From Clostridia bacterium (GTDB lineage Bacteria; Bacillota; Clostridia; Christensenellales; Aristaeellaceae): a DNA stretch of 64,000 nucleotides. The notes beneath the pieces were generated by a model that did not search any database, was not told the origin of the DNA, and saw only the letters and a list, made by a program, of their open reading frames with translations. The translations under genes and the position numbers were made by a program. Positions 36,410-45,564 of the stretch are shown one piece after another. The stretch's first letter is position 1. The number at the start of each line of letters is the position of its first letter. Location of the stretch: NCBI GenBank assembly GCA_017469025.1, contig JAFUHD010000292.1, positions 1,539-65,538 on the forward strand, read 5' to 3'.

Positions 36410-38193
36410 CAGTCCACCTCCCCCATTTGTGTCTCATGGATTTCACGGTAGGCAGGACATGTCTTCAAAAGTTCCTCATGCGTACCCCGTCCAATCAGTT
36501 TTCCTTCATCGATCACAAGTATTTCATCCAGATTCATGATGGAACTGACCCGCTGTGCAATGACAATCAGAGTCGTGTCCGAATGATGCTCCCGGATTGC
36601 CTGGCGCAGGTTTGCATCTGTCCGGTAGTCAAGTGCGGAGGAAGAATCGTCCAGAATGAGTATTTCCGGTTTGGCAGCCAGTGCACGTGCAATCAGCAGC
36701 CGCTGCCGCTGACCGCCGGAAAAGTTGCTTCCGTGAATGGCGGACTGGTGATCCACAGTCTCCGGATATAATGAGACAAAGTCATACGCACGTGCATCTT
36801 CAAGTGCAGCGGTGAGGCCGTCATCATTCACATCGCGGCCAAAGGTGATATTTTCACGGATGGTATCGGCAAAAAGGACGTCATTCTGGAAAACAACACC
36901 GAATCTGCGGTGCAGATCGTCTTTGTCCATGGTCCTGACATCCTGCCCGTCAATGAAGACGTGTCCCTGACTGGGGTCATAAAAGCGCATAAGCAGGTTG
37001 ATGACAGTGGTTTTGCCGCTGCCTGTAGCACCAATGATGCCAAGAGAACCTCCCTTCGGCAGGGTAAAGTCAATGTCATTGAGACAGACCTGCCGGTTGG
37101 CACCGGCAAATCTGGTATTGGAATGCGAATCCAATTTAAAAGGAGGTGATTTCTGTATGCCCTCATCATAAGAGAATGTGACATGATCAAATACGATAAA
37201 GCCGTCCCTGTCGGTATGGGCACCCTTTTCCTGAGGAAGACGCGGCAGGTCTTCGGGCACATGCATAACGGCAGCAATGCGGTTGGCAGAAGTATTTGCC
37301 TTGGAGAGCATCATAAAGACACGGTTGAGTCCCATGACGCCCATCATGATCATGTTGAAATACGTGAGGAATGCCAGAATGACGCCCGGCTTTGTGACAC
37401 CTGCATTGACACGCTGCGCGCCGAAGATAACAACCAGTGTAAGGCCAATATTGAGAAACATGGTGACAATCGGTCCGGGCATGGCCATGGTAATACTGGC
37501 ACGGATATCACGCTTTGCGGTTTCCTGGTTTGCTTCGGAAAAACGGCGGGTTTCATAAGACTCTTTTGAAAGTGCCTTAACGACCCGGATGCCGGTGATG
37601 TTTTCACGCATGATCCGGACAATCTGGTCCATTCCCTGCTGGACCCTGTTATACAGCGGGATTCCGTGCATGGAGACACAGACAACCAGGACAATCATAA
37701 CAGGCGCCATGATGCACAGTATCATGGCAAGGCCGCGGTCCATGGAGAGTGTAACCGCGATGCCGCCAATCAGCATGATCGGCGCACGGATGCCGATGGT
37801 CTGAACAGACTGAATGAAGCTCTGTACATTATATGTATCAGAAGTCATCCGTGAAATCAGGGACGGCAGGGTAATCTGATCCATCTGATTGCCGGTGAGA
37901 TTCAGTGCTGTATGGAATAAATCCCGGCGGATGGCATAGATGCTGCGCTTGGCAGTACGGACGGACAGCCGGTTGGCTGTTACGTTAAGAAAACGGACAG
38001 CCATGGCCAGAAGAAGCATGAGCCCGCCCCAAAGACAGACGAGGGACAGACGTTCAAGCGGGACAATGTTGTCGATGAGGTGCTCCATGATATAGGGAAT
38101 AAGGAGTTCGACCGCTGTCCCTGCCAGTTTGATAAACATGACACCCAGTATGACCCAGATGTGTTTTTTAAGATAAGACCAGAGAAATTTCAT
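36409..38193 (-). CDS. ABC exporter, fused permease/ATPase subunit (heterodimer partner)
   Basis: Six-TM domain. Walker A is GATGSGKTT, the signature is FSGGQRQR and Walker B is ILILDDSSSALD. Confidence 0.9.
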   Translation of the reverse strand: MKFLWSYLKKHIWVILGVMFIKLAGTAVELLIPYIMEHLIDNIVPLERLSLVCLWGGLMLLLAMAVRFLNVTANRLSVRTAKRSIYAIRRDLFHTALNLTGNQMDQITLPSLISRMTSDTYNVQSFIQSVQTIGIRAPIMLIGGIAVTLSMDRGLAMILCIMAPVMIVLVVCVSMHGIPLYNRVQQGMDQIVRIMRENITGIRVVKALSKESYETRRFSEANQETAKRDIRASITMAMPGPIVTMFLNIGLTLVVIFGAQRVNAGVTKPGVILAFLTYFNMIMMGVMGLNRVFMMLSKANTSANRIAAVMHVPEDLPRLPQEKGAHTDRDGFIVFDHVTFSYDEGIQKSPPFKLDSHSNTRFAGANRQVCLNDIDFTLPKGGSLGIIGATGSGKTTVINLLMRFYDPSQGHVFIDGQDVRTMDKDDLHRRFGVVFQNDVLFADTIRENITFGRDVNDDGLTAALEDARAYDFVSLYPETVDHQSAIHGSNFSGGQRQRLLIARALAAKPEILILDDSSSALDYRTDANLRQAIREHHSDTTLIVIAQRVSSIMNLDEILVIDEGKLIGRGTHEELLKTCPAYREIHETQMGEVD

Positions 38194-38340
38194 GATGTTT
38201 CCTGTCCTGTTTTAATAGGCAGTCATTTGCCTGATTTGCAGCTCCGGCACAGAAACTGCAGGTATGAAGCGTGCAGCACAGTGTGATAAATGATCCCCTG
38301 TATTTTTTATCAGTTCATGCCGTCAATGGGACGGTTTCAT

Positions 38341-39870
38341 TCAGAATTCATCGGGCAGTTCAAGCGTGCTCTCGAGTTCGTCAATCTTCTGAATGACATC
38401 AATCTGGCGCTCGTAGAAGAGCAGGGATTTGTTGTGGCGGAAATAAGCATCGCAGCCGTATTGCGAGATGAAGCGCGCAGTGCTTTCCATGGCAGTCAGT
38501 TCAGTGACAATGATCAGCATCTCCTGGCCTTCTGCATCGAAGGTTTTCTCGGCAAAGTCAAAGACATTGTTCAGTGATTTTTTAACTTCAGCTGCTTTTT
38601 TCTTGAGTGCTTTGCTGGCTGTGTCAAAATCATGCTTCATGGAATCGAGCTGGACACTGTCTGCGTCATCGTTCAGCCTGGCCATTGAAGCTTCGAGAAA
38701 CTGAATCAGGGAATAATAGGCATATTCCTGATCACCTGAAAGCATGTTGCCGCTCTGTCCCTGCTTCAGCCGGAGTTTTACGCCGTCAATTTCATTTGAA
38801 AGTGTCTGACGGGGATTGCTGTGACGGGTCAGACAGATTCGGCGCACATTTCCGAGGGACTTCTGGGCCATCTCCAGCATGGTGCGTTCGTTCATGACAG
38901 GTTTCACGACTCCGAGCACAGCATCCATGATGAGTGCGATGAGAGAGATACGTTCGTCAAAGCGTGCTGCTTTTGCCCGCTCAAGAATCTCTCCGGATAT
39001 CTTGCCGGACAGAATCTGGTCAACCTGATAGTCGCTCTGGTACTTTTTCCAGAGATCATAGTAGTTGGCAAACTGCTTGGCGGTCTTTGGATTCTGAATG
39101 TACTGGGCAATCAGAGTTTCTTTGACATCGATATTGTGCATCTCATAGAGACGGATCATGTCACTGAGATCTACCCAGCCGCGGGGCGTTACAAAATGTT
39201 TGCCATCAACAGTGGATTCGACCATGTAAAAATCGCCTTTGCGTATATCCAGATAACTCGTTACTGCCGGATGGACGCCCTGATCCATTGCCCAGGTATG
39301 CCAGACATCATAATTAGCCTCGACGTCAATGCGCTTGAGACGGTCCCATGTAACCATGTCAAATTCTCGGACAGACTGGTTGTATTCCGGTGGATTTCCA
39401 GCAGTAACAACAATCCAGCCATCCGGTACACGGTGCTGTCCGAAAACCTTGTACTGAAGAAACTGCAGCATGGCCGGTGCAAGTGTTTCGGAAACACAAT
39501 TGATTTCATCCAGAAAAAGAATGCCTTCATTTACACCGCTCTGCTCCATTTTCTCATAGACAGCAGAGATGATTTCACTCATGGTATATTCGCTGACCCG
39601 GTATGTTTCTCCCTGATAGGTCTTTTCGGTGATAAATGGGAGTCCGAGTGCACTCTGGCGGGTATGATGGGTCATGGAATAGGAAACCAGCGGAATGCCC
39701 ATTTCCTGAGCAATCTGTTCCATAATGGCTGTTTTGCCGATGCCTGGTGCGCCGATCAGGAAAATCGGGCGCTGGCGGTGGACAGGAATGACCGGACGGC
39801 CATACTCATCCTTTGTCCGGTAGGCCGTAATGGCATTGCTGATCTGCTGTTTTGCTTCAAAGATATTCAA
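38341..39870 (-). CDS. MoxR/CbbQ-like AAA+ ATPase with a long helical C-terminal extension
   Basis: TTG start 9 nt after GAGGAGG. Walker A is GAPGIGKT, Walker B is ILFLDEIN and the sensor-1-like motif is VVTAGNP. The roughly 250 C-terminal aa have no recognised motif. Confidence 0.8.
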   Translation of the reverse strand: MNIFEAKQQISNAITAYRTKDEYGRPVIPVHRQRPIFLIGAPGIGKTAIMEQIAQEMGIPLVSYSMTHHTRQSALGLPFITEKTYQGETYRVSEYTMSEIISAVYEKMEQSGVNEGILFLDEINCVSETLAPAMLQFLQYKVFGQHRVPDGWIVVTAGNPPEYNQSVREFDMVTWDRLKRIDVEANYDVWHTWAMDQGVHPAVTSYLDIRKGDFYMVESTVDGKHFVTPRGWVDLSDMIRLYEMHNIDVKETLIAQYIQNPKTAKQFANYYDLWKKYQSDYQVDQILSGKISGEILERAKAARFDERISLIALIMDAVLGVVKPVMNERTMLEMAQKSLGNVRRICLTRHSNPRQTLSNEIDGVKLRLKQGQSGNMLSGDQEYAYYSLIQFLEASMARLNDDADSVQLDSMKHDFDTASKALKKKAAEVKKSLNNVFDFAEKTFDAEGQEMLIIVTELTAMESTARFISQYGCDAYFRHNKSLLFYERQIDVIQKIDELESTLELPDEF

Positions 39871-39911
39871 AATCGATGTCCTCCTCGATGAATGCTCGGG
39901 TGAGCATGAAT

Positions 39912-41612
39912 CTATTCGATGTCGTCTGTTTCAAGAATAATCCGGATTGCCCAGGGCGGAACCAGCCGTTCGCCCTCAGCATCATTATCCAGGAACACAA
40001 ATGCCGTCTGATAGTCTGTCTGTGTGGACGGATAGATGCCAAATCCATCTGTAAAGTACAGAAGCCCTTTCAGATTGGTAAACTGATGCTGTGCGCGCAG
40101 CTGTTCCACATATTCAAATACAGGACGAAAATCTGTACCGCCGAATCCATGAAGTTTCATGCCTTTCAGATAATTCTGGAATTCGGTCTGTGTTGTGATG
40201 ACCGCATCCTCCTGTATTTCCGAGTCACACTGGATGATGTGCAGGTTGAAGCGTCGGTCATAGGTTTCCTCCTGCATCAGAATATTGTATGTCTTCTGAA
40301 GAAACATCTGGACGATTTGTCCCTGAACGGATCCGGAGGTATCTATGGCAATGACAAAGTCACGGATACGCTTGTCTTCTCGGTATTCAAGCGGTTCAAT
40401 CAGTGGCATATCCTGATACAGGTTCAGCCCGTATGTGTAATAGACATAGTCGAATTCGTCCGGAGACAGGTGCATGACCTCATGCATCGTTGCAAATTTT
40501 CTCAGAAATGAAGTATAGTCGTATCGCTCACGGTTCAGTGACCGCAATGCCTGTTCCATACCGCCGGCACTGATACCCTGCTGCCTGGCAAAGGTTTCAA
40601 GATCTGTCTGGACATGTTCGGAAATGTCCCGCCACATCTTTTCTAGTTCCTGCAGCTGGTTTTCATACAGGTCATTTTGAGATGCTGATGTATTGTTCTC
40701 ATTGCTGCTGTCCGGGCTGTCAGCATCAGGGCTCTGGGTGACGGATTCAGATCCGGCAGACTCAGCGGATTCATCCGAAAAGGAATCGGCATCCATCGTG
40801 CCGGACGTGTTCGCATCAGTTTCCTGTTCGGTCTCACTTTCATCTGACTGCGGATCATTGTCATCGTCGCCGCCATCTATGCCGCCAGATTCTCCGGAAT
40901 CAGTCTGATCGTCGTCTGTTTCATCTGTCTCATCAGGATTATCGGACTGGTTCTGAGGCATGGAACTGCGCTGAAACTGCCGGTTTGAATCGCGGGTATC
41001 ATCCGAAACAGGCTCTGGCTTCTGATACCACAACGTATGTTCGTCAACGTTGAAAAGATCGAGCAGTCTCTGCATTTCAACGGAATCGGGTGGATTTGAC
41101 TGAAAATACCGGTAGAGCTTTTCCGCAGTAATGTTTTTTATCTTTGTTTTAAAGTCATCTAGTATCCGTTCACGTTCCTGCTGACCGGGTGCATCCTGAA
41201 GCTGACGGATCTGAAGTTCACGGACCATGCTCTCCGCAGCCAGATCACAGGACAGGTTCCACAGCGTCTGATCGATGCTGTAGGGAATGAACATGTGCCG
41301 GAACAGGCTGTGCATGAGCGTATGTGCCACTGCCCTCAGCGCGAATGACTGGGACTGCCTGTAGCCGCGAAGCAGATAGAGCGGTTCATAGATCAGATGA
41401 CGTCCATCGGAGGCAAGCGGGTATTCTGAATTCGGCATGGGCTTCAGCTCAAAAAGCGCGCGGTCCAGAAAACGCAATTTGACGATAATCTGTGCTTTGG
41501 CAATGGACAGGATTTCTTCGGCAATTTCCTGAGATTTTTCAGTGATCTCCCGGACTTTGACATCTGCTTCCGCGGACGGCCTGTAGACGTCAGAGGGGTT
41601 CAGGATTTTCAT
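39912..41612 (-). CDS. DUF2201-type protein: degenerate metallopeptidase-like N-domain, acidic linker and VWA domain
   Basis: The start is set at ATG 41612 (AAAGGAA upstream). It has AHTLMHSLFRH ... WNLSCDLAAE (a DUF2201_N-like pattern with Thr in place of the HExxH Glu). A D/E/S-rich linker spans about 110 aa. The MIDAS motif DTSGS is followed by YFTDGFG. Confidence 0.75.
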   Translation of the reverse strand: MKILNPSDVYRPSAEADVKVREITEKSQEIAEEILSIAKAQIIVKLRFLDRALFELKPMPNSEYPLASDGRHLIYEPLYLLRGYRQSQSFALRAVAHTLMHSLFRHMFIPYSIDQTLWNLSCDLAAESMVRELQIRQLQDAPGQQERERILDDFKTKIKNITAEKLYRYFQSNPPDSVEMQRLLDLFNVDEHTLWYQKPEPVSDDTRDSNRQFQRSSMPQNQSDNPDETDETDDDQTDSGESGGIDGGDDDNDPQSDESETEQETDANTSGTMDADSFSDESAESAGSESVTQSPDADSPDSSNENNTSASQNDLYENQLQELEKMWRDISEHVQTDLETFARQQGISAGGMEQALRSLNRERYDYTSFLRKFATMHEVMHLSPDEFDYVYYTYGLNLYQDMPLIEPLEYREDKRIRDFVIAIDTSGSVQGQIVQMFLQKTYNILMQEETYDRRFNLHIIQCDSEIQEDAVITTQTEFQNYLKGMKLHGFGGTDFRPVFEYVEQLRAQHQFTNLKGLLYFTDGFGIYPSTQTDYQTAFVFLDNDAEGERLVPPWAIRIILETDDIE

Positions 41613-41640
41613 ATAAAATTCCTTTCGCAATGGGTGGGAT

Positions 41641-44600
41641 CTATTCGTGAGCTGACTGGAGCAGCAGCGCTGTCCATTCGGTTTTATTGTGGCGGGTTGT
41701 TATATCAACCAGATTCCTGACATTCCGCTTGTGAATCAGACCGGTTTTACACAGTTTCCTGAGCATAAAATAGTCATCTGTTTCGCAGAGATATTCAAGG
41801 CAGCGTTTCATGGAACGTGAAAGATACAGCCGCAGGCGTGCTGCAACCTGTTCGTCCAGAAGATAAGGGTTCACAATTCTGATCATTGTCATCCTGAGCT
41901 TGTCATCGCCGCTTTTGATTTCATCGAAAGCTTCATCATGGCGCCGTATGAGCCATGGAAGATCCAGCTTTATTTTGCCGGATATGTAATCCTCAAGTGA
42001 TCTGCCGTCAAAAAGCCGTGGTGAATTGTTTGAAAGATCTGCAGCATGTCTGAGTGCGGCTCCGGTCAGCCTGCAGATTTCACGATCATGTCCGTCGGTT
42101 ATGGAAATCCATGTTGCATTGTAGAAAAGTCGTGCAATACTAGCCTGCGTTTCCGGCAGAACAACTGTGTCAATGGTATTTGGTGAAATTTTAACATTTA
42201 AAACCGTCGCCTTGATAATGAGACGGTCCAGGTGCCCTCCTAAAAAGATATCTCCGAGCATCCGTAACGGATGATTCAGGACGAGTTCATGCCGGTGCTG
42301 CATTGTGTAGGAGTAATCGCAGAGAATTTCAACATCTTCCATTGCGGGAGTGGCATCACATTCCTGCGGACAGAAGAGCAGGCGTTTTTTGTGATCATAA
42401 ACCTGTCCACCGACAGACATGAACACCGGATTGTCTTTATCAACGATGATCTGCTTTTTTGCAAGCGTATACAATCCGTTGATTGCATTCAAGAGTGTTT
42501 TTGGAATCCGGAGCGTATCAGGCGTTTCCGTATCAGGCCAACGGTATGTGGCTGTAACCGGAAGGTTTCCAATATGATCCGGAAGGCAGGCATCCCGTTC
42601 AGGTCCAGTATAGCCATGAGACACATATCCGTATTTGGATACGGTTCTATCCGTAAAAGTATATTGAGTGGGAAGCATTTTAAACTTCCGGACAAGTTCC
42701 TGCTCCTTTTCCGGGAGCGTCAGATCAACAAAAACGCAGTGATTCGAACGGGCAAAATTCAGTGCGGCAGAACCTGTAAAGCCGAATATTGTCAGTGGGT
42801 CTGAAAAGGAACTTTTGACGCTGGTCGCAGTTGAAATAAACGAAATCGAAATGGGAAGGTACAATTCCTTCAAATTCGGACAGTAACGGAAAACACTGGG
42901 GTCAATTTTTTTGGTGCCTGCACGGACAGACAGCCTTTTTTCCTGTCTGGCAGATGGAAGGATCAGTTTCAGGGTAGAAGTAGTCTGTTCATAAAGCACG
43001 CCGTTTTCGATCGTGAAATATGGATTTTCCGGATCAATTTCGATGTCCGTCAGCTTTTCCAGTGCATCATAATACGGTATCTCAAGTGTTTTAAGGTTAC
43101 GGCCTATGCGCATTTTTTTCCGTCCGGGGTCACTGGGACAGGAAAGAGAAACGACAGGTTTTCCGTAAATGGTATCCGGTATGACTATCGTATCTGATTC
43201 GTCATGTTTAAGAATATCCTTAATCTCTATGGAGTCAGGTGTTTCGCGGAATGAGAAATATTCCCGGAAATCAACAGACGATGAAGCGGTTTCACGATAG
43301 TCTTTGAATGCATATCCGCCGGCAGCGGCAAAAGCTTCTGCGTTGCTTCCTGGTATTCCATAAATCAGACGCTGGTTTCCGGACAGAAGCGGAACCGGTG
43401 TGCAGCCAAAGAGATCAGGATGAATGGTTTCAACATGTTCCGGGATTATCAGTTCACCAAGCAGCGCACAGCCTGTAAAAGCACCTTTTTCCAAAGTGCG
43501 CATACTCTCCGGAAGATGAACGGAATGAAGATGGCTGCAGCCTGCAAAAAAATGCTTTGGAAGGCAGGTCATTCCATCCGGAAGGATAACGGTCTGAAGT
43601 TCGGTGTGTTTTGCAAAAAGACCGTTTTCAAAGACAAGCTCCGGGTGCTTCAGCAGAAGAGACTCTAGGTTCAGATCGGATTGACTTTTATAATTATACC
43701 GTACAACGTGGTTATCGTTTACAGTAAACAGCATGATAGGATCTGAAATCGGGGTTGAGTCAGAAACGGTCTGTTTTGTGCGTTGTGCGGCGGACAATTT
43801 CAGGGAATGGGCGTATCCATTGGAAATTGCCCAGGACGCAGCAGCGGATCCCTTTTTACAATTTATAGAAAAGAGTAAGTCTAATTTGCATTTTCCAACA
43901 GACTGAACAGATGCGGGCAGAATCAGCGTTAATACAGAGAGGTTGTGTGCCCAGTCATCTTCAAGAATTTCACATCCCTCCTGTATCTCCAGTCTGTATA
44001 TGTACGCTTCAGAAAAGGCCTGACTTTCAATGCGCCTGACAGAAGGAGAAACGATAACGGAAGCACATTCAAGATCTGAAAATGTCTTGCTGCCGATACA
44101 GGTGACGGAATCGGGAACCTCAACTTTATTCAGATCGAACGGACAGATATAAAGCGTTTTGAGTCCGTCAGAGGTTTTTTCAACGAAGAAACTGCCGGCA
44201 AATCCATACCTGGGATTCGATAGGGAAATTGTGAAACCCGGAAAGTAATCACCGGTGTAACTGTGATATGTGAACCCCATAAATCCCGGAGATTTTATGT
44301 TCGTGATGGATTCAGAAATGATAATCTGACCGATTTTTACGCGGGAAAAATCCGTTGGATTGATGCTGGTGATCCCGTCTTCAAACTGTAACCTGCCTAT
44401 TCTTTCGCATTCATCAAAGGCAGATGCAGCAATTTCACTGACAAAAGCAGGAATGGTAAGTACCCTTGGATTCTTTTTTCTGCATTTCAGGAGAATGATC
44501 TTATCGGATGTTTTCCTGTAAACAAAAGAATTGTCTTCCCAGATTCCGTTTGCTTTTGATTCAGCTTTTTTTCTTTTTTCCTGTTCGATCAGTTCCTGAT

Positions 44601-45447
44601 CTTTGTACAGAATGATTTTCTGCAGGAAAGCACAGCCATGAAAAGGCGAGAGCAGCTGGTTTATCCATGTTTTTTTTACAGAAACAACAGTCGTGCTGGC
44701 AGGAAGATCCTCCTCTGAGACAAAACCAACAGAGAGGAATGCCGTCCGTGACATAGTGATTCTCTGAAGAGATGCGCAATAGGTGAACGTGAATGGTGGT
44801 ATTCTTTCGACCGCTTCAGGCAGAATGATTTCCTGTAGGGCGGAGCAGTCTTTAAAAACCGAATCTTCCAGAATGGATACGGAATCCGGAATAGTGATTT
44901 TGCGCAGCTGGTGACATCCACAGAAGGCACCGGCTGCAAGTTTTGTAACGTTGTCTGGAAGTTCTATGGCTTCAATTCCATCTACGTTTGCATACAATGG
45001 AAGGAAAGTCGGACTGTCCAGCAATTCTGCGGGAAAGTCTATTTTCCGGATGGAACATCCTTTAAGTACATTTTGTCCGAGAAATTTAAGTGATGCGGGC
45101 CAGTGGATTTCCGTGAGATGTGTACAGCCGGAGAATGCTTCATCTTTGATTGTCGAAACGGAATCGGGAATTGAAATGCCTGTCAGGGACTCGCATTGTT
45201 TAAAAGCCTTTTTACCGATGGTATGCAGTCTGGCAGGAAGGATGATCTCTTTGAGAAGATGCAGATCCTCGAAACATCTGTCAGGTATCGAGACTACAGA
45301 TTCAGGCAGAATGATCTTTAGTATAGCCGAGCAATATCTGAATGCCTTTGGACTGATGCGGACGATTTCATCCGGTACAGTGATAACGGTTTCTCCGATG
45401 TCGGGATCGATGTCTATAAGTGTTTTTTTCACACAGGTATATTTCAT
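41641..45447 (-). CDS. Large BspA-type leucine-rich-repeat (LRR_5-like) protein, no signal peptide, C-terminal helical module
   Basis: Many repeats of the form F..C..L..I.IP.SV..I. are present, for example ISPKAFRYCSAILKIILPESVVSIPDRCFEDLHLLKEIILPARLHTIGKKAFKQCESLTGISIPDSV. There is no N-terminal hydrophobic segment. ATG 45447 is preferred (AGGGG upstream). Confidence 0.8.
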   Translation of the reverse strand: MKYTCVKKTLIDIDPDIGETVITVPDEIVRISPKAFRYCSAILKIILPESVVSIPDRCFEDLHLLKEIILPARLHTIGKKAFKQCESLTGISIPDSVSTIKDEAFSGCTHLTEIHWPASLKFLGQNVLKGCSIRKIDFPAELLDSPTFLPLYANVDGIEAIELPDNVTKLAAGAFCGCHQLRKITIPDSVSILEDSVFKDCSALQEIILPEAVERIPPFTFTYCASLQRITMSRTAFLSVGFVSEEDLPASTTVVSVKKTWINQLLSPFHGCAFLQKIILYKDQELIEQEKRKKAESKANGIWEDNSFVYRKTSDKIILLKCRKKNPRVLTIPAFVSEIAASAFDECERIGRLQFEDGITSINPTDFSRVKIGQIIISESITNIKSPGFMGFTYHSYTGDYFPGFTISLSNPRYGFAGSFFVEKTSDGLKTLYICPFDLNKVEVPDSVTCIGSKTFSDLECASVIVSPSVRRIESQAFSEAYIYRLEIQEGCEILEDDWAHNLSVLTLILPASVQSVGKCKLDLLFSINCKKGSAAASWAISNGYAHSLKLSAAQRTKQTVSDSTPISDPIMLFTVNDNHVVRYNYKSQSDLNLESLLLKHPELVFENGLFAKHTELQTVILPDGMTCLPKHFFAGCSHLHSVHLPESMRTLEKGAFTGCALLGELIIPEHVETIHPDLFGCTPVPLLSGNQRLIYGIPGSNAEAFAAAGGYAFKDYRETASSSVDFREYFSFRETPDSIEIKDILKHDESDTIVIPDTIYGKPVVSLSCPSDPGRKKMRIGRNLKTLEIPYYDALEKLTDIEIDPENPYFTIENGVLYEQTTSTLKLILPSARQEKRLSVRAGTKKIDPSVFRYCPNLKELYLPISISFISTATSVKSSFSDPLTIFGFTGSAALNFARSNHCVFVDLTLPEKEQELVRKFKMLPTQYTFTDRTVSKYGYVSHGYTGPERDACLPDHIGNLPVTATYRWPDTETPDTLRIPKTLLNAINGLYTLAKKQIIVDKDNPVFMSVGGQVYDHKKRLLFCPQECDATPAMEDVEILCDYSYTMQHRHELVLNHPLRMLGDIFLGGHLDRLIIKATVLNVKISPNTIDTVVLPETQASIARLFYNATWISITDGHDREICRLTGAALRHAADLSNNSPRLFDGRSLEDYISGKIKLDLPWLIRRHDEAFDEIKSGDDKLRMTMIRIVNPYLLDEQVAARLRLYLSRSMKRCLEYLCETDDYFMLRKLCKTGLIHKRNVRNLVDITTRHNKTEWTALLLQSAHE

Positions 45448-45564
45448 GGACACACCCCTGTAAACTTGATTGTATCAAGAATATATGATAAAATCAATAA
45501 AATAAAATATACATCATTAAACACAAATTTATTTACATGATATTGATAGAAAGACAACTAAAAT

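Noticed and set aside
38821-39891. 356-aa plus-strand ORF, and similar ORFs at 39852..40511, 48285..49220, 52289..53206, 63059..63916, 16378..17067, 53650..54315, 9864..10568, 6486..7127 and 5373..6005
   Set aside because: All are fully contained antisense to genes with strong family signatures (AAA+, VWA, GH2, dehydrogenases, ABC ATPase, kduD, recF, the MBL-fold hydrolase gene and the exonuclease). None has an SD or a recognisable domain.
45465-45479. The CTTGAT-TGT-ATCAAG palindrome as a binding site for the FNR-like regulator
   Set aside because: The half-sites match, but the spacer is 3 nt instead of the 4 nt required for FNR-type dimers. It is kept only as a generic operator candidate.
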